In this document: positions 36,817-46,342 of the stretch, one piece after another
Position numbering within the stretch: position 1 is the stretch's first letter
Layout of the letters: every line of letters begins with the position of its first letter
From: Acidimicrobiia bacterium
Lineage (GTDB): Bacteria > Actinomycetota > Acidimicrobiia > Spongiisociales > UBA5794
DNA: 64,000 nt
Assembly (NCBI GenBank): GCA_041608535.1
Contig: JBFISM010000002.1
Span: 10,918-74,917 of the forward strand
Reading direction: 5' to 3'
The notes under the pieces: model-generated
What the model was told of the DNA's origin: nothing
What the model saw: only the letters and a program-made list of their open reading frames with translations
Databases searched by the model: none
Program-made: the position numbers and the translations under genes

Positions 36817-38570
36817 AGCACACCCGACTCGATGTTGGTCACGATCAGATCGAGCAGCGCAAGCGCACCGATCACCGCGGCGATCGTGAGACCAACACGG
36901 CGCAGTGTCCACCGCTGGATACTGATGTTCTCGCGGTGAGGCGAGAGATCGCGGAAGCGGGCGACGAGGTCGATCCCTTCGGTGCGGCGCAGCGTTGCCA
37001 GTGCGGTGCGGGATTGTGTGGGTATGGTCACGCCTTTGGTTGCAGCGAACGCCTCGGCGATGTCGTCGGCAGAGAAGTAGTGCAGGGCTCGCTGGTAGAC
37101 GTACTCCGGCGAGCTACGCAGCGCCAGGATGATCATCATGTTGGCCAGGTCGACCGCCTGACGCCACGGCGAGGGTCGGATGGTGGCGAAGGCGGGGTCG
37201 ATGAGGACCACCCGGCCGTCCTGCACCATGACGTTGGCAGGTTTGATGTCGCGGTGCGCCATGCCGGCGTCCCACAACTTGCGAACGATCTCCAGTGCTT
37301 CATCGATGATGGCGTCGGTCATCTCCACCTCGCTCATCTCCTCGGCGCCCTCGAGGAACTCGGTCACGATGGCGTACTCCCGAGCGGGGGTGATCTCCAC
37401 GAAGCCAAAGGTGCGCGGCGACGGGAGGCCGGCGTTCTCCAGCTTGAGCAGGATGTAGTCCTCGTACTCGACGAGCTGGCGCACCGAGGAGAAGCGAGCT
37501 TCGTCTTCCAGTGGTCCGTACAGGATGGTCCGTGCGATCTTGTACCAGCGGTCGGCTCGCAGATGACTTCGGGCATACAGCTTGGCGAACACGTACGGAG
37601 CCTCCTCGCCGGCGCACTTGATCCGCAGCGGCGTCGAGCCACCCGATCCAGCGAGGCCATGGGGCTCGATCGTCTCGACGACCAAACCGAGCTGGTCTCG
37701 CAGAGCCGTGGTGAGGGCTTGGGCCCGGCGTCCGGTCACGTCGAGGTGGGCCGTTCGCCCACGCCGGTAGCTCACCGGGAACATGTCCTCTGGAACGAAG
37801 ATCCGAAACACGAGCACCCCGACGGCAGGTGCGAACAACGCGCCGACCACGACATCGGTCGGATGGTCGGTACCCAAATAGACCAGCGACGTCGCGTGCA
37901 GCATCACGATCGCCGCCGCGACCGCAAAGAAGACACTGCGGACGCGGCCCTTGGGCACCAGCGCCAGCCCCATCACGACGAGAGTCACCGCAACGACTGC
38001 GACCGGCCGTGACGGATGGCTGTATCCGGACCACTCGCCGATGATCTCGACAAAGGGCCTCGGCCGTCCCAGCTGCTCGGCCAGAGCTCTCACTACCGCA
38101 TCGACGACGACGAAAGCGGTGAGCGCACCGAACACGAACCGCCACCGGCGGAACGCGATGAGGATCAGCAGCGTGGCCCAGCGGAGAGGACGGATCGCCC
38201 AGAACGAGCCGAGGGCATGGATTGCCTCCATGGTGACGGTGGCGCTGTCGCTGCGAAGAGCCGCCAACCAGCGGAGGATGGCGTGGTCGACCCGGAACCA
38301 GAAGTCGGTCGTGGCGGGGAATGTGAAGAGCGATGCCCAGACGAGCACCACGACGACGGCAGTACCGAGCCAGATCTTGCCACTGAGGTGGAGCTCCCTC
38401 GGGAGCGGGGGTTTCTCGCCGGAGGGCCGTCGCCGCCGACCGGCCACGGTGATCCCGGCGAGTCGGAGCTGCCGCTGCTCTCCGATGCCGCTCAGATCGC
38501 TGCGCAACGGCGGAGGTCCATCGCCACCGGTATGGGGCCGCTGCGTGACGCTCTGCCGATGTCCGGTCAT
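36813..38570 (-). CDS. Membrane protein: degenerate PAP2 domain fused to a protein-kinase-like domain
   Basis: TM PAP2-like part (RPRP, HPSRP, YLGTDHPTD), then GSGGSTP, FAKLY, VTEF, HRDIKPANV, LIDP. Confidence 0.8.
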   Translation of the reverse strand: MTGHRQSVTQRPHTGGDGPPPLRSDLSGIGEQRQLRLAGITVAGRRRRPSGEKPPLPRELHLSGKIWLGTAVVVVLVWASLFTFPATTDFWFRVDHAILRWLAALRSDSATVTMEAIHALGSFWAIRPLRWATLLILIAFRRWRFVFGALTAFVVVDAVVRALAEQLGRPRPFVEIIGEWSGYSHPSRPVAVVAVTLVVMGLALVPKGRVRSVFFAVAAAIVMLHATSLVYLGTDHPTDVVVGALFAPAVGVLVFRIFVPEDMFPVSYRRGRTAHLDVTGRRAQALTTALRDQLGLVVETIEPHGLAGSGGSTPLRIKCAGEEAPYVFAKLYARSHLRADRWYKIARTILYGPLEDEARFSSVRQLVEYEDYILLKLENAGLPSPRTFGFVEITPAREYAIVTEFLEGAEEMSEVEMTDAIIDEALEIVRKLWDAGMAHRDIKPANVMVQDGRVVLIDPAFATIRPSPWRQAVDLANMMIILALRSSPEYVYQRALHYFSADDIAEAFAATKGVTIPTQSRTALATLRRTEGIDLVARFRDLSPHRENISIQRWTLRRVGLTIAAVIGALALLDLIVTNIESGVL

Positions 38571-38636
38571 CCATGCTCCGCAAGGGTCTTTTGGTCAAGT
38601 GTGCCAAACAGGGAGCCTGATTGATACGGCCAAACG

Positions 38637-39365
38637 TCAGCGGACCGGGGACAATCCGCCCCGGAGGCGTTCGCGCCGCTCGTCGATGCGGTGGATGACG
38701 GCGGCGGCTGCAATGGCGATCGCGGCGCCGAGCGCCGCCCCGGCGAGAACGTCCGAGAACCAATGCGCCCGCAGATAGACCCGGCTCAGGGCCATCGTCA
38801 CCGCAACGGCCGCGGCCAGCATCTCGAGGTTGCGGCGCTGCGGTCCGGGTTTGACGAGCACGATGACGAGGCTCACCGCCACCGTTGCGCCGGCCACGGA
38901 GTGGCCCGACGGGAAGGAGAAGCCCGACGTCGCCACTAGTCCCTGGGGTGGCCGCATCCGCTCGTACAGGATCTTCAGAGGACCAATCGACAGTTGCGAG
39001 ACGATCATGGCGGTCACCCAGGCGGCGAGTGCCCCGTAGCGACGCAACCAGATCAGCCACCCGCTGACGCCGACCATGAGCGGCGCCGTGACCCATGCGC
39101 TGCCGATGAAGTCGAGCACCCGCGCCAGCAGCACGGCAGGCGTCCACTCCGCAGCCAGTACGGCGTCAAAGACCACCTCGTCGACACGGTCGACGACCTG
39201 CCGCAAGGGCCCAACGGCGACTGCGACGAACAGCAGGGCCGCCATGACCCACAACACGCGGGCAATCCGCCATGCCGTGGGATGGTCGTGCAGGATCGGC
39301 TCGCTGAGGAACCCTCCCTCGCGCCGGGATGGTGGATGACTCTTGGGCATGTCGTTGGTAGACAC
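38637..39365 (-). CDS. PAP2 family phosphatase
   Basis: Intact KILYERMRP, FPSGH, SRVYLRAHWFSDV. Confidence 0.9.
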   Translation of the reverse strand: MSTNDMPKSHPPSRREGGFLSEPILHDHPTAWRIARVLWVMAALLFVAVAVGPLRQVVDRVDEVVFDAVLAAEWTPAVLLARVLDFIGSAWVTAPLMVGVSGWLIWLRRYGALAAWVTAMIVSQLSIGPLKILYERMRPPQGLVATSGFSFPSGHSVAGATVAVSLVIVLVKPGPQRRNLEMLAAAVAVTMALSRVYLRAHWFSDVLAGAALGAAIAIAAAAVIHRIDERRERLRGGLSPVR

Positions 39366-39476
39366 TAGATCTCATCGAACGCCACGGATTCTGCCTGAGT
39401 CCGACATCCGAGGACCGATGGCACGACCAAGGCGCGCTGGTGGCCGGATTGAGTGTCCTGGTGCGCACGCACCGAC

Positions 39477-39500
39477 GGGGTGCCGGACGACCGGCACCCC
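39477..39500 (-). terminator. Hairpin terminator
   Basis: GGGGTGCCGG-ACGA-CCGGCACCCC, about 30 nt after the stop at 39529. Confidence 0.6.
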
Positions 39501-39528
39501 CCGTCTGCAGCTGTTCGCCTGATGTGCG

Positions 39529-40116
39529 TCAGCGTCCGACGTTGTCGAGATCGAAGCTGAAGCTGGCATCGATGCCGTCGGAGGTGTTGTGACCGAGCGT
39601 GATCTGCGTCACATCGCCTCGCACCGACGAGTACTTGCCGGTGCCGCCCACCACAGCGCGAACCGCAGGTCCGGCCAGTTGCGGCGTCTCGAAGCCCTGG
39701 GTGACGATCGTGTGCCCGCCCACCGTGTCAGAGGTGAATTCGAAGATCTGGGCAGTGACCACCCAGGCTCCCTCCTCGGTGTGCCCCCCATCGCCGACGA
39801 AGTAGCCGTAGCACGTCCATGTGCCCACGACATTGGCCGGAAACTCCGGCGAGCCGTCCGGGTTGATCCCGTCGGTGCCGGTGAGCGTTCCCGCTTCGTA
39901 GATGTAGCCCTGGGTCACGAAAGCGTTCCCATAGGCGGGAAGACCGTCGTCGAACACCGGATCTTCGTCCCACACGAAGTCGAAGCCGTTCTCGGCGACA
40001 TCGACGCGCAACGTGGTCGACCGGTCCGGTCCGGCGAGCGCGATCCCGGCGATGGCCAGGACCACCGTCGTGGCGATCAGCGCCAGCAGTAGAGATCGGG
40101 TACGTGAGGTTCGCAT
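39529..40116 (-). CDS. Secreted protein, allene oxide cyclase/dirigent-like
   Basis: Signal peptide; beta-rich; AVVGGTGKY..RG motif; GAGG RBS. Confidence 0.6.
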   Translation of the reverse strand: MRTSRTRSLLLALIATTVVLAIAGIALAGPDRSTTLRVDVAENGFDFVWDEDPVFDDGLPAYGNAFVTQGYIYEAGTLTGTDGINPDGSPEFPANVVGTWTCYGYFVGDGGHTEEGAWVVTAQIFEFTSDTVGGHTIVTQGFETPQLAGPAVRAVVGGTGKYSSVRGDVTQITLGHNTSDGIDASFSFDLDNVGR

Positions 40117-40336
40117 GGTTCCCTCCTCTTCTCGAGCCTCGTGATACGGGCGTGAGGCTCCACCTCACAGACGTGAGGTGGCACCGATCCTTCGTGGTCG
40201 ATGCGGATCGCTCGGGTGGCTGCGACGTGGTGGTGGCGGAGCCGGGCCGGGACGTGTCTTTTCAGCTCGGGTTGTGCTCGTAACTTCGATCGGGCGGCGT
40301 AGCATGTGGCGATCGGGCAGGAGGAGGAGTCCCACG

Positions 40337-41653
40337 ATGAACCGGACAAGGCGCTGGGTGAACTTGCTGGCCATGCTGGTCGTACTGGCGTTGCTCGCCG
40401 CCGCCTGCGGCGACGGTGACGATGACGCAGCGACGACTGCGAGCGGTGGCGACGAGCCGACCACCACTCAGGCCGACACCGGCGGTGACGATGAGGGCGA
40501 CGCCGGTGGGGGCGAGGGTGTGCCCCTCGAGGACTTCAAACTCGGTATCTTGCTCGTCGGGCCGAAGACCGATCAGGGCTACAGCCAGGCCCATTTCGAG
40601 GGCGCTGAATACGCGATCGAGCAGCTCGGCCTGCCCGAGGATGCTCTGATCAGCCTCGACTTCATCAACCCGGCCGACAATCCCGGTCTCACTCCAGAAG
40701 GTGTCGCCGCCGACATGATCGACCAGGGCGCCGATCTGATCATCTTCAACTCCGACGACATGCGCGATGGAGCCTTCGCTGCTGCGGAACAGAATCCGGA
40801 TGTTCCGATGATCTGGGTGTCGGGCGACAGCGCCTGGGCGGATGGGAAAAACCATCAGGCCGACCTCACCAATCTGGGCAACGTCTGGGGCAGGATGATC
40901 TTCGGCAAGATGATCGCCGGCTGCGCCGCCGCACTCGAATCGCAGACCGGCAAGCTCGGGTATCTCGGACCGCTCACGAACGACGAGACTCGCCGGCTCG
41001 TCAACTCTGCTTACCTCGGAGCCAAGTACTGCTGGGAGAACTTCCGTGGCGAGGATCCCGACTCGCTCGAGTTCAGTGTGACCTACATCGGATTCTGGTT
41101 CGAGATCCCTGGCGTGACGCTCGATGCCACGCAGGTGGTGAACGACCTCATCGACGGAGGCGCAGACGTGGTGCTCTCCGGGATCGACACGACGCAGGCA
41201 CTGGTGCGGAGCAACCAGCGAGCCGAAGCCGGTGAGCAGCTGTGGGCGGTCCCGTACGACTACATCGACGCCTGTCAGGAGGCGCCCGGCATCTGCCTCG
41301 GCGTCCCGTACTTCAACTGGGGCCCGGCGTATCTCGACCTGGCCCAATCGGTCATCGACGGGACCTATCAAGCCGAGTGGCAGTGGATCGCTCCGGATTG
41401 GAGCGACATCAACAATCCCGATACGAGCATCATCGGTTACGCCAAGGGCGATGGGCTCTCGGCGGACGCGTCGGCAACCCTCGACGACTTCATCGCGGGG
41501 CTCGGTGACGGCTCGATCCAGCTCTACACGGGCCCGCTCAACTGGCAAGACGGCACCCCATTCCTCGGCGATGGGGAGGTGGCCACCGATTTCCAGATCT
41601 GGTACTCCGAGCAGTGTCTCGAAGGCATCGAGGGGGTCTGCGACCTCGAGTAG
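40337..41653 (+). CDS. BMP family ABC substrate-binding lipoprotein (nucleoside-type)
   Basis: LAAAC lipobox, VGPKTDQGYSQAH, YLGAKY, GFWF, YFNWGP. Confidence 0.9.
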   Translation: MNRTRRWVNLLAMLVVLALLAAACGDGDDDAATTASGGDEPTTTQADTGGDDEGDAGGGEGVPLEDFKLGILLVGPKTDQGYSQAHFEGAEYAIEQLGLPEDALISLDFINPADNPGLTPEGVAADMIDQGADLIIFNSDDMRDGAFAAAEQNPDVPMIWVSGDSAWADGKNHQADLTNLGNVWGRMIFGKMIAGCAAALESQTGKLGYLGPLTNDETRRLVNSAYLGAKYCWENFRGEDPDSLEFSVTYIGFWFEIPGVTLDATQVVNDLIDGGADVVLSGIDTTQALVRSNQRAEAGEQLWAVPYDYIDACQEAPGICLGVPYFNWGPAYLDLAQSVIDGTYQAEWQWIAPDWSDINNPDTSIIGYAKGDGLSADASATLDDFIAGLGDGSIQLYTGPLNWQDGTPFLGDGEVATDFQIWYSEQCLEGIEGVCDLE

Positions 41654-41678
41654 GGGAAACGAGCCTCGGTTCGGTCAA

Positions 41679-41705
41679 CAGGGGAGGGTCCTTGGCCCTC
41701 CCCTG
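41679..41705 (+). terminator. Intra-operon hairpin after the substrate-binding protein gene
   Basis: CAGGGGAGGG / CCCTCCCCTG. Confidence 0.5.
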
Positions 41706-41765
41706 CCGCACGACCACGACTTGGCCGAGACATCGGCGCACTCGATTCTCTAGCCTCGGAGCGCC

Positions 41766-43256
41766 ATGAGCCTCGAGCTGCGCGACATTCACAAGCACTT
41801 CGGTCCGGTACGCGCCAACGACGGCATCACCATCACCGTCGAAGCGGGCACCTTGCACGGTCTGCTCGGAGAGAATGGGGCCGGCAAATCGACGCTGATG
41901 AAGGTGCTCTCCGGGTTCCACGCCGCCGATTCGGGGGAGATCGTGCTGAACGGTCGGGAGATTCGTCTGGCTTCGCCGCAGGATGCCATTGCCGCCGGTA
42001 TCGGGATGCTGCACCAGGACCCGCTCGTCTTCCTCCCGTTCACCGCCCTCGACAACTTCGTCCTGGGAAGCCCGGGTGCGATCCGACTCGACCGTAGATC
42101 GGCGGCGGCGGAGTTCAAGGAGCTGTGCTCCCGATACGGCTTCAATCTCGATCCGGACACTCCCGCCCGGCTGCTCACGGTGGGGGAACGACAGCAGCTC
42201 GAGATCGTGCGGTTGTTGTGGCTGGGCGCCAAGGTCTTGATCCTCGACGAACCAACCACCGGTATCTCAGCGGACCAGCGTGCCAAGCTGTTCGGCACGC
42301 TGAAGGAGCTCGCCACAGAAGGCATGAGTGTCATCTTCGTCTCGCACAAGCTCGAGGAGGTCGACGAGCTGTGCGATCGGGTGACCGTGATGACCCGGGG
42401 AAAGGTCGTCGGCGAGCTCGATCTGCCGGTGCCGCCGCAGCAGCTCGTCGAGCTGATGTTCGGTCAGGCAGTAGAGATGCAGGACCGGGCGGAGGTGGAT
42501 CTCGGTGGGCCCCACCTGCGACTGAGCGGGGTTCGCACCGCCTCTGGCCTGCTCAGTGAGCACTCTCTCTCGATCGATGTCCATGCCGGGGAGGTGATCG
42601 GGCTCGCCGGGATGGAAGGGAGCGGGCAAGACACGTTTCTCCGCTTGTGTTGCGGGATGCGCGCCCCCAAGGAGGGGAAGGTCACGATCGCCGGCCGTGA
42701 TCTCACCGGCAAGCACTATCACGATTTCCTGGATGCAAACCTGAAGTACCTACCGGCCGGCCGCCTGGAGGAAGGTCTCATCCAGGGACTCACCGTCACG
42801 GAGCACTTCGTCCTGACCGGCGACGACACCAGCTTCTTCATCGACTGGGACAGAGCGCGCGGGGTGGCCAAGCGCCAGGTCGAGCACTTCACCATCAAGG
42901 GGACCGAGGCTTCGACCGCCGAGTCACTTTCCGGTGGCAACCAGCAACGTCTGCTGCTCGCCATGCTCCCGCCGCGGCTGTCCGTGCTCCTCATGGAACA
43001 TCCCACCCGAGGTCTCGACATCGAATCCGCCGATTGGGTCTGGAGACAGCTCCTGGCGAGGCGGGAGGAGGGAACCGCGATAGTCTTCGCCTCGGCCGAT
43101 CTCGACGAGCTGCTGCGCTACAGCGATCGCATCCTCGTCTTCTTCTCCGGGGCGATCATCGGCGAGCTCGACGCCGGCGCAACCAACGTCGACGAGATCG
43201 GCATGCTCATCGGTGGGCGGACGGCGCCGATTCACCGCGGTGAGCTCGCACCGTGA
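41766..43256 (+). CDS. ABC transporter ATP-binding protein (double domain, CUT2/nucleoside type)
   Basis: GENGAGKST, LDEPT, LSGGNQQ, PTRGLD. Confidence 0.93.
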   Translation: MSLELRDIHKHFGPVRANDGITITVEAGTLHGLLGENGAGKSTLMKVLSGFHAADSGEIVLNGREIRLASPQDAIAAGIGMLHQDPLVFLPFTALDNFVLGSPGAIRLDRRSAAAEFKELCSRYGFNLDPDTPARLLTVGERQQLEIVRLLWLGAKVLILDEPTTGISADQRAKLFGTLKELATEGMSVIFVSHKLEEVDELCDRVTVMTRGKVVGELDLPVPPQQLVELMFGQAVEMQDRAEVDLGGPHLRLSGVRTASGLLSEHSLSIDVHAGEVIGLAGMEGSGQDTFLRLCCGMRAPKEGKVTIAGRDLTGKHYHDFLDANLKYLPAGRLEEGLIQGLTVTEHFVLTGDDTSFFIDWDRARGVAKRQVEHFTIKGTEASTAESLSGGNQQRLLLAMLPPRLSVLLMEHPTRGLDIESADWVWRQLLARREEGTAIVFASADLDELLRYSDRILVFFSGAIIGELDAGATNVDEIGMLIGGRTAPIHRGELAP

Positions 43257-44314
43257 ACCGGTTCAATGCGGCGAGTTTCGTCATCCCTGCGGCCGTGGTC
43301 GTGGTCAGCGCCGTCGCCCTTCTCTGGTTGGCGGGCACCAACCCTTGGGAGCCGATCCAGCTGATCATCGAGGGATCCATCGGATGGCCGCCGTTCGAGG
43401 AGGGCTCGGCCGCCAAGGTCGGTGACACCGTCATGGTGTGGGTGCCCATCGCGCTGGCCTCTGCCGGGCTGATCGTGACGTTCGCTGCCGGGATGTGGAA
43501 CATCGGCATCGAAGGACAGATCATCATGGGTGCCATCGCCGCTGCCTTCGTCGCCAGAGAAGTGAGCACCGCCCGCCCGCTGCTGATCGCACTCACCATC
43601 GTCGCGGGTGTGCTCGGCGGGCTGTTGTGGGGGCTGCTCGTTGGATTGCTGCGCACCGTGGGCGGGGTGAATGAGATCTTCGGAGGGCTCGGACTCGACT
43701 TCGTTGCGATCTCCTTGACGACGTATCTCATCATCGGTCCGTGGTCACGCACCGGAGTGGCATCGACCAGCGGCACCGACGTGTTCGCCGACGCTGCGTT
43801 GCTCCCCTCGCTGGAGCGAACCCGGCTCTCGCCGCTCGCGGTGGCACTGGCCCTCGTCGCCATTGTCGGTGTGTGGATCCTGTTCCGGGGCACGCTCTAC
43901 GGGCTGAAGCTGAAAGCCGTTGGCGCCAACCGCGTGTCAGCGTTCTTGATGGGCATTCCCACGAACCGCTATCTGCTCGGAGCGTTCATGATCTGTGGCG
44001 CTCTCGCCGGAATCGCTGGTATGTCGCAGGCCACCGGGTTTCACTACAAGCTCATCCCGGCGATCTCGGGCAACTACGGGTTCCTCGCCATCCTCGTCGT
44101 CCTGTTGGCACGGTTTCGTGCTTTCTGGGTGATCCCGATCTCGTTCTTCTTCGCCATGATCGCGGTGGGTAGTTCTCAGCTCGACCTGCGGCTCGACGTC
44201 AATTCTGCTCTCGGCGGGGTGCTGCAGGGTGTGCTGGTGCTGTCTGCGATGTTCGGGTTGGGTTGGGCGGTGCACCGCAGCCGACGTCGGGCCGAGCAGG
44301 AGATGGCGCCATGA
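43253..44314 (+). CDS. ABC transporter permease
   Basis: WNIGIEGQ, GFLAILVVLL; multi-TM. Confidence 0.9.
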   Translation: MNRFNAASFVIPAAVVVVSAVALLWLAGTNPWEPIQLIIEGSIGWPPFEEGSAAKVGDTVMVWVPIALASAGLIVTFAAGMWNIGIEGQIIMGAIAAAFVAREVSTARPLLIALTIVAGVLGGLLWGLLVGLLRTVGGVNEIFGGLGLDFVAISLTTYLIIGPWSRTGVASTSGTDVFADAALLPSLERTRLSPLAVALALVAIVGVWILFRGTLYGLKLKAVGANRVSAFLMGIPTNRYLLGAFMICGALAGIAGMSQATGFHYKLIPAISGNYGFLAILVVLLARFRAFWVIPISFFFAMIAVGSSQLDLRLDVNSALGGVLQGVLVLSAMFGLGWAVHRSRRRAEQEMAP

Positions 44315-45288
44315 GTGGGGTGTGGGCTGCGTTCGTCGGGCTATTTGACACGGCCACAATCGCCTCCATAGTCGCCGGTGCGTCGGGTCTGCTGTTCGCC
44401 ACGATGGGAGAGACCATCAGCGAGAAGGCAGGAGTCATCAACTTGTCGGTCGACGGGAGCATGATGCTGGCCGCTCTCGCCGGATTCGTGGTCGCATTCG
44501 AGACCGGCAACGTCTGGCTCGGCTTTCCTGCGGCGGCGGCGGTGGGCGTCATCGTCGCCTTGCTCATCGTGTTCGGCAACATCGAGCTGGACCTGAATCA
44601 GGTCGCCGTCGGCTTCGTCCTATTTGCTCTGTGCACCGAACTCAGTCGCTTTCTGGGCAGCTCGTATGTCGGGCGGCAACCCGTGGCCGTCCCGGCGTGG
44701 GACATCCCACTGTTGAGCGAGATCCCCTTCCTCGGCCGGGTGCTGTTCAGTCACAACGTGGTGGTGTACCTCAGCTTGCTCACCGTCGTCGTGACCTACC
44801 TGTACATGTATCGCACTCGCGCCGGCCTCGATCTGCAAGGTATCGGGGAGCGACCCGAGGCGGCCCATGCCCGCGGGGTGCCGGTGAACCGGCTGCGCTA
44901 CTGGTACACGGCGCTCGGGGGAGCGCTCATCGGGATCGGCGGTGCGGCGTTCACCCTCGACGTGAAGCTGGGCTGGTCGGACCGGCCCACCCGCAATTTC
45001 GGGTGGATCGTGCTCGCCATCGTCATCTTCGGGGGCTGGCACCCGCTCCGTGCCGCAGTGGGTGTGCTGCTGTTCGGTGCGCTGCAGGCCTTTGCGCTCA
45101 ACCTCCAGCCCGAGTTCCCGGGTCTGTCCCAGGTGCTGCCCAGCATCCCCTTCCCCCTCATGATCTTGGCGTTGGTGATCGTGAACTGGAAGACGATGCT
45201 GCGGTGGCTGGATCGATACCCATTCTTACGAGCCGTCTTGCGCAGTGACCCGCCGAGTGCCATCGGCACTCGCTTCGAAGTCAATTGA
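44311..45288 (+). CDS. ABC transporter permease
   Basis: GETISEKAGVINL, GERPEAA, GWIVLAIVIFGGW. Confidence 0.9.
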   Translation: MSGVWAAFVGLFDTATIASIVAGASGLLFATMGETISEKAGVINLSVDGSMMLAALAGFVVAFETGNVWLGFPAAAAVGVIVALLIVFGNIELDLNQVAVGFVLFALCTELSRFLGSSYVGRQPVAVPAWDIPLLSEIPFLGRVLFSHNVVVYLSLLTVVVTYLYMYRTRAGLDLQGIGERPEAAHARGVPVNRLRYWYTALGGALIGIGGAAFTLDVKLGWSDRPTRNFGWIVLAIVIFGGWHPLRAAVGVLLFGALQAFALNLQPEFPGLSQVLPSIPFPLMILALVIVNWKTMLRWLDRYPFLRAVLRSDPPSAIGTRFEVN

Positions 45289-45297
45289 GGGCGAAGG

Positions 45298-46158
45298 TCA
45301 GCTCGGCTCCAGTGCGGAGTCACGCTCGGCGATGATGACGACCCGCTGCGGGAACGGAATCTCCACAGCCGCGTCTCCGAGGGCAGCGTGGGTTGCCTTG
45401 ATCACTGCGTCGCGCACCCGCCATTCGTCGCCGATCGGCGGATCGTGCCAGAAGCGCAGAGCGAAGTTGATGCTCGACGCACCGAACTCGTAGGCGAGGG
45501 CTTCCGGCGGGGGATCGTCGAGCACACCCTCGATGTTGCGCAGCACGCCGCGCAGCAGCTCGCCGACGTCACCGAGCTCGCTGTCGTAGGCAACTCCCAC
45601 CTCCACGGTGGTGCGGCGTACACCGCGGATCGTGTGGTTGATGATCGGGTTGCGCCACACCTCGGCATTGGGGATGTAGATCAGCTCGCCGTCATAGGTG
45701 CGCACCGTCAGCTCTCGCAGACTTATGTCCTCGACGACGCCGCGATGATCGGCGGTGGAAATCTCGTCGCCTTGGTTGAAGGGGCGCCGTGCCGACAGGA
45801 AGACGCCGGCGATGAAGTTCTCCAAGACCTCTTGGAACGCAAACGCCAGGGCGAGACCGAGCAAACCCACCACACCGAGCAGCGGTGCGAGCGATACCCC
45901 GACCCGCTGCATGGCATAGAAGAAGACGAGCACGAAGACGACGATCGAAGCCAGCCTTGCCAGCAGTCTGGCGACGAAAGGGGCGAGTTGCGCGGCAGAC
46001 ACCCTCTTGACGATGCGGAACGTGATCAACGCCGCCACGATGGCAGCGAGGGTCAGCCCACCCGCCCACAACCAGTCCGCAAGCGTGAGCGCCCCGAGCT
46101 GCTCCAATGCTTCACCCGCATCCGCATCGGTGGTTGCGGCCAGCAGCGACGATGCCAT
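45298..46158 (-). CDS. Small-conductance mechanosensitive channel, MscS family
   Basis: AFAFQEVLENFIAG, RPFNQGD, YIPN, VGVAYDS, IPFPQR. Confidence 0.92.
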   Translation of the reverse strand: MASSLLAATTDADAGEALEQLGALTLADWLWAGGLTLAAIVAALITFRIVKRVSAAQLAPFVARLLARLASIVVFVLVFFYAMQRVGVSLAPLLGVVGLLGLALAFAFQEVLENFIAGVFLSARRPFNQGDEISTADHRGVVEDISLRELTVRTYDGELIYIPNAEVWRNPIINHTIRGVRRTTVEVGVAYDSELGDVGELLRGVLRNIEGVLDDPPPEALAYEFGASSINFALRFWHDPPIGDEWRVRDAVIKATHAALGDAAVEIPFPQRVVIIAERDSALEPS

Positions 46159-46307
46159 GAATTCGCTCCTCGAGTTCGTGCACCGCCGTGGCGACCGGTG
46201 CGTTCCGACTGCATCTTGACAAACCCGTGCGTCGGGTTCACGTACCTCTGCCGCCACCTCCGCGGCCGGCGACGGTGTTCCGATCGCCGGCAACCGGATG
46301 GCGCGTC

Positions 46308-46333
46308 GTTTCCCGATGGCAGACATCGGGTAG
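46308..46333 (+). promoter_or_regulatory. SigB/SigF-type promoter
   Basis: GTTT-N16-GGGTAG, 9 nt upstream of the GTG at 46343. Confidence 0.65.
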
Positions 46334-46342
46334 CTTCGTGGC

